In this document: positions 59,157-64,000 of the stretch, in pieces
Layout: the number at the start of each line of letters is the position of its first letter
Numbering within the stretch: the stretch's first letter is position 1
Source: Cyanobacteria bacterium auto_48_18
GTDB taxonomy: Bacteria > Cyanobacteriota > Vampirovibrionia > Obscuribacterales > Obscuribacteraceae
Direction: 5' to 3'
DNA: 64,000 nucleotides
Assembly: GCA_036170915.1 (NCBI GenBank)
Contig: JAVHQC010000029.1
Location: forward strand, 325,437-389,436
Notes under the pieces: generated by a model
The model's database searches: none
What the model saw: only the letters and a program-made list of their open reading frames with translations
Told to the model about the DNA's origin: nothing
Position numbers and translations under genes: made by a program

Positions 59157-60188
59157 TTACCTTAATGACTCTGAATTTAAGCGGTAGCTTCGGGGTGTTT
59201 GCCCCGTCCAACGTTTGAAGGCACGATGAAAGGCACTCGGTTCTGAGAAGCCTAAGAGAAAGGCCACATCATGGATGGAAGTTGCTGGGAGCTTTAACTG
59301 ACTCAAAGCAAGGGCTTTGCGAGTTTCATCCAGAAGCAGTTGGTAGGATGTATGCTCAGTCTGCAATTCTCGCTGAAGTTGTCGCACGCTAATCATCAAG
59401 CTCTGGGCGATCGCCTCAATGAGCGGCACTTCACCTTTTAACTGTTGCGCGATCGCTGTCGTCACTTTTTGCGTATAACTCTGCGCCTGATTCTGGGCTT
59501 TGACCATGGCACTGGCATGGAGTTCAAAAACAGAGAGCAAGTTCATGTTTGCTGATCGCACAGTCCAATCTAAACAGGCGGCATTAAACAGAAGACGGTT
59601 TGTAGGTTGGGAGAACTTTACCGCCGACTGAAAAATCCTCTCATGCTCCGAGCAATCCGCTGGACTGGGATGCTGAAACCAGACAGCATGCGCTTTGAGA
59701 GGGTTCCCAGTCAATTGCTGAGTGGCTGTAATTAAGGCAGAAAAGGTGCTTTCGATCGGATGACGCGGTGCATCGAGCAGGTAGTTTTTGACGTTTCCGA
59801 TCACGTCGCAATCGCATTGCACCCAACCCTCTGCAACCCGATATTGAATCGCGATGCCCTGACTAAATAGGCAGGTGTACTGGGAAAGCTTGTCCAGGAC
59901 TTGTCTGAAGGTTTTGCAATTCAACAGGACGTAGCCGACGATGCCAATGGCAGCGAGGTCAAACGCTTCGCCAATGTGCAAGCCCAGGTTGTGATCGCCC
60001 GTTTGCGCGATCGCCTCTTGCCACAGTTGTTTGAGCACCTCTCCTGAAACCTGGCGATCGGGATCTTCCAGCCAAGTCGGGTCTAGGTGCGCCGCAGTAT
60101 AAAGCCGATTAACCTCAACCCCTTGTGCCGCCACGTATTGCAAGATGTCTCGGACGATCGCGATGGAGAATGTAGCCTCTTGCATCAT
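59157..60188 (-). CDS. AraC-family transcriptional regulator
   Basis: Arabinose_bd_2-like N-terminus (LGLHIGE); SVRQLQREL and AFLLGFSEPSAFHRAFKRWTGQTP. Confidence 0.95.
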   Translation of the reverse strand: MMQEATFSIAIVRDILQYVAAQGVEVNRLYTAAHLDPTWLEDPDRQVSGEVLKQLWQEAIAQTGDHNLGLHIGEAFDLAAIGIVGYVLLNCKTFRQVLDKLSQYTCLFSQGIAIQYRVAEGWVQCDCDVIGNVKNYLLDAPRHPIESTFSALITATQQLTGNPLKAHAVWFQHPSPADCSEHERIFQSAVKFSQPTNRLLFNAACLDWTVRSANMNLLSVFELHASAMVKAQNQAQSYTQKVTTAIAQQLKGEVPLIEAIAQSLMISVRQLQRELQTEHTSYQLLLDETRKALALSQLKLPATSIHDVAFLLGFSEPSAFHRAFKRWTGQTPRSYRLNSESLR

Positions 60189-60318
60189 GCGAAACCTATC
60201 AGATTGGCGTCACAGGTCAATTTTCTGGCATGGCGCGTCAATCGCCTTAGTGGTCACAGGTCATATCGTTAGATGGTGAACCAATGATTTTACAAGTATC
60301 ACCTCGGAGAACGCCTTC

Positions 60319-60945
60319 ATGACAAGTTCAACTTTTTCAACCTCTGTAAGATTTGATGAACCACCACTAGTGCCAGACTCCGACTGCCCAGAAGTCATTG
60401 TGAATCCAGTCACGGGCGATCGGATGACGATTTTGCATCCATCCCATCGGAGTCAAGGAAGCTACACCAAAATCCAGTTTGACCTGCCCCCCGGTGCTGA
60501 AGGTAGCCCACTGCATTACCACACCAAAATGGTGGAAACCTTCACCGTACTGCAGGGGTGCCTGGACATGGAAGTGGGGCAAAAAGGAACTCGACGCCGC
60601 CTACAAGCAGGCGACAGCCTGACGGTTCCAGCGGGGATGCACCATAGCTTTTGTAATGCATCCGATGGCTGGGTAACATTTACCACAGAGAACCGCCCCG
60701 CAGCGGGCTTTGAGCGATTTATTCGAGGATTGTACGGCTTGGCGATCGATGGCAAAGTCACTTCCAAAGGAATGCCTACGAATCTCTTGCAACTAGCTGT
60801 CTTATTGCAGTTGTCAGACACCGTACCTGTTGGGGTACCGCTGCTACTCTTTAAACTACTCATTACAACTTTAGTTCGGGTCGCTCACATGTGCCATGTT
60901 GAGGCATCGCTGCTCAAATATTGGCATCCCGACGGTCAGTCATGA
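60319..60945 (+). CDS. Cupin domain protein
   Basis: IVNPVTGDRM, PLHYH, ETFTVLQG, VPAGMHHSFCN; divergent from the AraC gene. Confidence 0.9.
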   Translation: MTSSTFSTSVRFDEPPLVPDSDCPEVIVNPVTGDRMTILHPSHRSQGSYTKIQFDLPPGAEGSPLHYHTKMVETFTVLQGCLDMEVGQKGTRRRLQAGDSLTVPAGMHHSFCNASDGWVTFTTENRPAAGFERFIRGLYGLAIDGKVTSKGMPTNLLQLAVLLQLSDTVPVGVPLLLFKLLITTLVRVAHMCHVEASLLKYWHPDGQS

Positions 60946-61006
60946 AGAGTTTACATCGGGTGATCGATGTTCCCTACCACTTACAACTCGTTCGGATCGC
61001 CAGTAG

Positions 61007-61130
61007 AATGCAGTAGAGCAGGTCAAGCTCACAGACATGAGCGCTGCGGCCATTGCAAGGCAGTTAAACATTGAAGACTGGCGAATGCGTCTCTGGATAA
61101 AGGAGTTCGCTGAGCACACCCAGATCTCAG
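61007..61130 (+). mobile_element. IS3-family OrfA-like HTH transposase remnant
   Basis: Startless frame NAVEQVKLTDMSAAAIARQLNIEDWRMRLWIKEF resembles HTH_Tnp_1. Confidence 0.45.
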
Positions 61131-61192
61131 ATTCAGTAGCTACAATTTCAGTGTTGAAGGTGCCCCCTTGGTGCTTACTATTTTTTGCCATT

Positions 61193-61516
61193 CTAGCGTG
61201 CGCCCGCTAGCTCACGTTTATCCATTACAACAGTGCCTTGCCTGCCTGCAGGTGCCGGACAAGTGCCAATATGAATATCGTAACCAAGTTTTTGCATAAA
61301 TTCAGTGATGCGCTCGATTGAGAACTCATCAAGCTTTCCATTTAAAATTTTGGAAACTTTTGCTTGATCTGTACCGATGAGCGCAGCTACATCAGTTTGT
61401 TTTTTGCCAGAATTCTTGATCGCTTCTTGCAGCGACATGAAGAGATAAGACTTCAATTTCAGCCCCGCGGCTTCTTCTTCGCTGAATCCCAAATCTACAA
61501 ATACATTCTTGCTCAT
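61193..61516 (-). CDS. higA: XRE-family antitoxin (HigA-like)
   Basis: NVFVDLGFSEEEA, QTDVAALIGTDQAKVSKILNGKLDEFSIERI. Confidence 0.88.
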   Translation of the reverse strand: MSKNVFVDLGFSEEEAAGLKLKSYLFMSLQEAIKNSGKKQTDVAALIGTDQAKVSKILNGKLDEFSIERITEFMQKLGYDIHIGTCPAPAGRQGTVVMDKRELAGAR

Positions 61517-61914
61517 TTCTTCTTACTCTGTTTTCTGTGTTCGGTTATCTCTGAAAGGCGTTTTTTTGCTAGTGAAATATCGCGTGTAGATGTCGCCTCT
61601 GAGGTCTTCTTCGTGATTACATAAAATACGTAAACCGCTTCTTCGAATTTTGCGACGTAGATAAGTCGATACTGACTTTTATCTTCATCCTGTAATTTGA
61701 TTTCTTTGACACCCGCACCAATACTGGGCATCGGGCGGTAGTTGTTTGGTTCTTTTCCTTGTTGAACGAGAAAGAGCTGATAGCCACCTTGCTGTTTCAT
61801 GGTACCAGGCCAGTCTTTGTTGATTTCATCGGTCAGTGATGGCGGCCACCAGATGACCTCTTTTTCTTCCAGCTCCTTTGATTTGTCCTCTGGCGGCTGT
61901 GGCTGCTTCTTCAT
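61513..61914 (-). CDS. higB: RelE/HigB-family (Gp49-like) toxin
   Basis: GYQLFLVQQG, PMPSIGAGVKEIKL, YRLIYVAKFEEAVYV; toxin-first order with a 4-nt overlap. Confidence 0.88.
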   Translation of the reverse strand: MKKQPQPPEDKSKELEEKEVIWWPPSLTDEINKDWPGTMKQQGGYQLFLVQQGKEPNNYRPMPSIGAGVKEIKLQDEDKSQYRLIYVAKFEEAVYVFYVITKKTSEATSTRDISLAKKRLSEITEHRKQSKKK

Positions 61915-61920
61915 TGGTTC

Positions 61921-61949
61921 ATTTTATGCCAAAACTGGCATAATGTCAA
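61921..61949 (-). promoter_or_regulatory. Sigma70-type promoter with an embedded operator palindrome
   Basis: TTGACA-17 bp-TAAAAT; TTATGCCA-N4-TGGCATAA at 61924-61943; ATG 6 nt after the -10 box. Confidence 0.85.
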
Positions 61950-62471
61950 CCGGAACCGAATAACGATTGTATTTCTTTACTATCCGCCCACACCGCTTTG
62001 AGTGTCTACGCCGCTCTGCGCTGGATCTCGTCGTGCTCTCCACTGGCGCAGCATGTTCGTCTTACTGGAACCTATACAGTCACGATGTGGTGCCATTTGC
62101 GCAGACCGTGTAAAAATTTTTCTAGACGCCGTCGAAGTCAAATCTAATCTGACCGCGCACCAGTGAACATTGATTCCAATGCGCTACAAATTATCTACAA
62201 AACAACTCTTTGAAAATACTGCCTTCAAGTGCTCACACCCGAGGCTTTCACAATTTGATACCACCAAAGATTTATGTAGACCTACAAACAGGTCTACAAA
62301 GATTTCTAACAATTGCGGCACAAAGTTTGTGTGAGTTCCAGTACAAATCTGAAATTTCTCGCCGCGAGAAGAGAAAATTTTCTCGCGGCATTTACCGAAT
62401 TAGTAGTGCCTTCTTAGAAGCTCATTGGTTGCACAAAATCTGTGGAATGGCTAATATGAAAGTCTGATAAA

Positions 62472-62960
62472 TTGGTGCTTAAATTGATCTACTTTTCGAC
62501 TCGACATTTTTTAGTTTGTGCGACATCTATTTCATTTAGTTTCCATTTGGCTTCTGAATGTCGGGCCGACAATTTGTCGCTTGTTGAAAAGCCAGTTACT
62601 GGACCATCTGATCATTTTTTAGATAAAGACGACGTGCGATTAACCAATGCCGATTGGCAGTCCAAGTTGCAAAATGAGATAGAAACTCGATTTAATGTCA
62701 AAGGAAGAGACCTCTTTCGCAGCCCGCACCGTTTCGTCGTCACTCTCAAATTTCGAGTTAGTCGGGATAAGTCGATATCAAACGTAGAAATAATTCCCTT
62801 AAATTTGAAATACTATAGATCTGTCGGGAGAGGCCTCTTGCTGAAAATTTTAAAAAATCTAGAGGGAACTGAAGCTCTTGTTTATCCAGATTCGTCGCCA
62901 ACAAATTTTATCGACGTTGAAATGCAAATAGATAAAACGTATAGATTAATCGCCAAGTAA
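62472..62960 (+). CDS. Exported hypothetical protein, possibly TonB C-terminal-like
   Basis: Signal-like N-terminus; WQSKLQNEIETRF...VTLKFRVSRDKSISNVEI. Confidence 0.55.
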   Translation: MVLKLIYFSTRHFLVCATSISFSFHLASECRADNLSLVEKPVTGPSDHFLDKDDVRLTNADWQSKLQNEIETRFNVKGRDLFRSPHRFVVTLKFRVSRDKSISNVEIIPLNLKYYRSVGRGLLLKILKNLEGTEALVYPDSSPTNFIDVEMQIDKTYRLIAK

Positions 62961-62978
62961 CATCGTCTCTTTGACCGA

Positions 62979-63206
62979 TTACTTAGAGCTTGGTTCGGTT
63001 AACAATCGAATTGAACTTGATGGAAAGAGCCAGGGCGAGTCAATTTTGCTCTTCAGTAACGACATGCGATAGCCGGTAAGCATCTCGCGGAGCTTTGGAT
63101 GAATTGGAATGTTGCTGAATACGGTGTTCCTTTTTTTCAGCCTGGTCTCCTTTAAAATACTGCGCACGCCACCATCGGTGGTGAACATGTCCTTTTGCGT
63201 GATTGC
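62979..63206 (-). pseudogene. Tyrosine recombinase/integrase internal fragment
   Basis: ITQKDMF...RLKKRNT...IPIHPKLREMLTGY...SPWLFPS. Box I and the catalytic C-terminus are absent. Confidence 0.55.
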
Positions 63207-63214
63207 TTAAGTAA

Positions 63215-63760
63215 TTACAGGCTTACTTTTTTAGCCATAAAAATATCGGGCTTGCCCAGTCCATTAGCATCAGGCAGTACACCAACGATCACATAACCTA
63301 GCTTTTGATAAAACTCATAAGGGTGTCTGCGCAAGTTTTGAATTATTTTGATGTGTTGATAAACATCCGGATAAAGGTCAATTCCTCCCAGTGTTGTTTG
63401 ATTTTCAAGGTCATCGGTCCCGAGAGTTACAGTGACACCGCCGCGTTCGCGAACAACATTTTCAAAATCATTGACCAGTGCACTTCCGATTCCTTGCTCG
63501 CGATGAGCCACGCTGACAGTCAATGGATGTAATTCCCAAACATTACCATCATATTCACTAATGCCACCAACCCAACCAATGACATTTCCGGCTTCATCCA
63601 CCGCAACGCGGCTGATACGCCCATCGGCGACTGACTCTCGCACTTCCTCTAACGCCGATTCGATAGTAGGCCACGCTCCTGGCTTGCCGAAGCTTTCTAA
63701 CAGCAAATCCGCTGTTTGCTTTATGGCATTGTCGTTAGGAGGTAAGTCGATTATTTTCAT
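63215..63760 (-). CDS. GNAT acetyltransferase, AAC(6')-Ia family
   Basis: AWP, GWVG, WELHPL, QGIG, LGTDD, HPYEFYQKLGY, PDANGLGKPDI match AAC(6')-Ia family motifs. Confidence 0.88.
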   Translation of the reverse strand: MKIIDLPPNDNAIKQTADLLLESFGKPGAWPTIESALEEVRESVADGRISRVAVDEAGNVIGWVGGISEYDGNVWELHPLTVSVAHREQGIGSALVNDFENVVRERGGVTVTLGTDDLENQTTLGGIDLYPDVYQHIKIIQNLRRHPYEFYQKLGYVIVGVLPDANGLGKPDIFMAKKVSL

Positions 63761-63906
63761 TTGTAGTTCTCACCCCCTTTTCCGGAGTTGATACGAATCT
63801 GGCACCGTTGAAAATCGACGTCGCTTAGTTTCATATTTACGAGTTCGGTGACTCGTGCACCAGTATACAAGAACGGTGTGACAATCAGTAAATACTGACT
63901 GATCAC
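63757..63906 (-). pseudogene. Xer-like tyrosine recombinase Box I fragment
   Basis: YLLIVTPFLYTGARVTELVNMKLSDVDFQRCQIRINSGKGG. An upstream in-frame stop lies at 63949-63951, and its TGA overlaps the aac ATG. Confidence 0.75.
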
Positions 63907-64000
63907 ACCGTTTTTACCGACTTCGTTAAAAGGTAAGTGCCCTAGTGATCACGGACAATTGTTTTGGACGAGCGGTCAATTAGGAATGAGCTATTGATTT

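Noticed and set aside
62060..62150. Possible integrase C-terminal remnant (NLYSH...)
   Set aside because: The similarity is only a few residues and too weak to call.
62210..62467. 85-aa ORF across the att-like repeats
   Set aside because: TTG start, no RBS and no motifs; it overlies repeat DNA.
1..64000. tRNA/rRNA genes, anti-phage defence systems, and the many short antisense or nested ORFs in the track
   Set aside because: I recognised no tRNA/rRNA signatures or defence-system motifs by eye beyond the two TA pairs. The nested ORFs lie opposite or within well-supported genes.

Overview
A gene-dense 64 kb bacterial chromosome segment. I found no rRNA, tRNA or CRISPR array. The gene repertoire (many PAS/HisKA kinases and OmpR regulators, membrane Ser/Thr kinases, DUF4388 and TPR proteins, stand-alone SAF proteins) suggests a non-photosynthetic cyanobacterial relative such as Vampirovibrionia/Obscuribacterales; this is inference only. 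Recognisable metabolism: molybdenum cofactor genes (moaC-moaB/mogA fusion, moeA), an oxygen-dependent kynurenine operon (haao-acmsd-kynU-kmo, followed by a rhomboid) and xanthine dehydrogenase xdhABC. There are two type II toxin-antitoxin pairs. The last ~9 kb is a decayed plasticity region: an internally deleted xth, an AraC/cupin pair rich in cyanobacterial HIP1 octamers, an IS3-like remnant, higBA, att-like repeats and an AAC(6')-Ia-family acetyltransferase between tyrosine recombinase fragments. Most interesting leads: (1) a diguanylate cyclase whose GGDEF domain is split by a ~230-aa insert with LysM-like and MshEN-like modules, plus a separate degenerate-GGDEF candidate receptor; (2) an annexin-like/calpain-like protease; (3) tandem kinases with a reciprocal K/T swap between the catalytic loop and P+1 loop; (4) microproteins missed by the ORF track; (5) a structured candidate ncRNA; (6) a 37-bp palindromic tandem array. 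All family assignments come from motifs read by eye, not from database searches.
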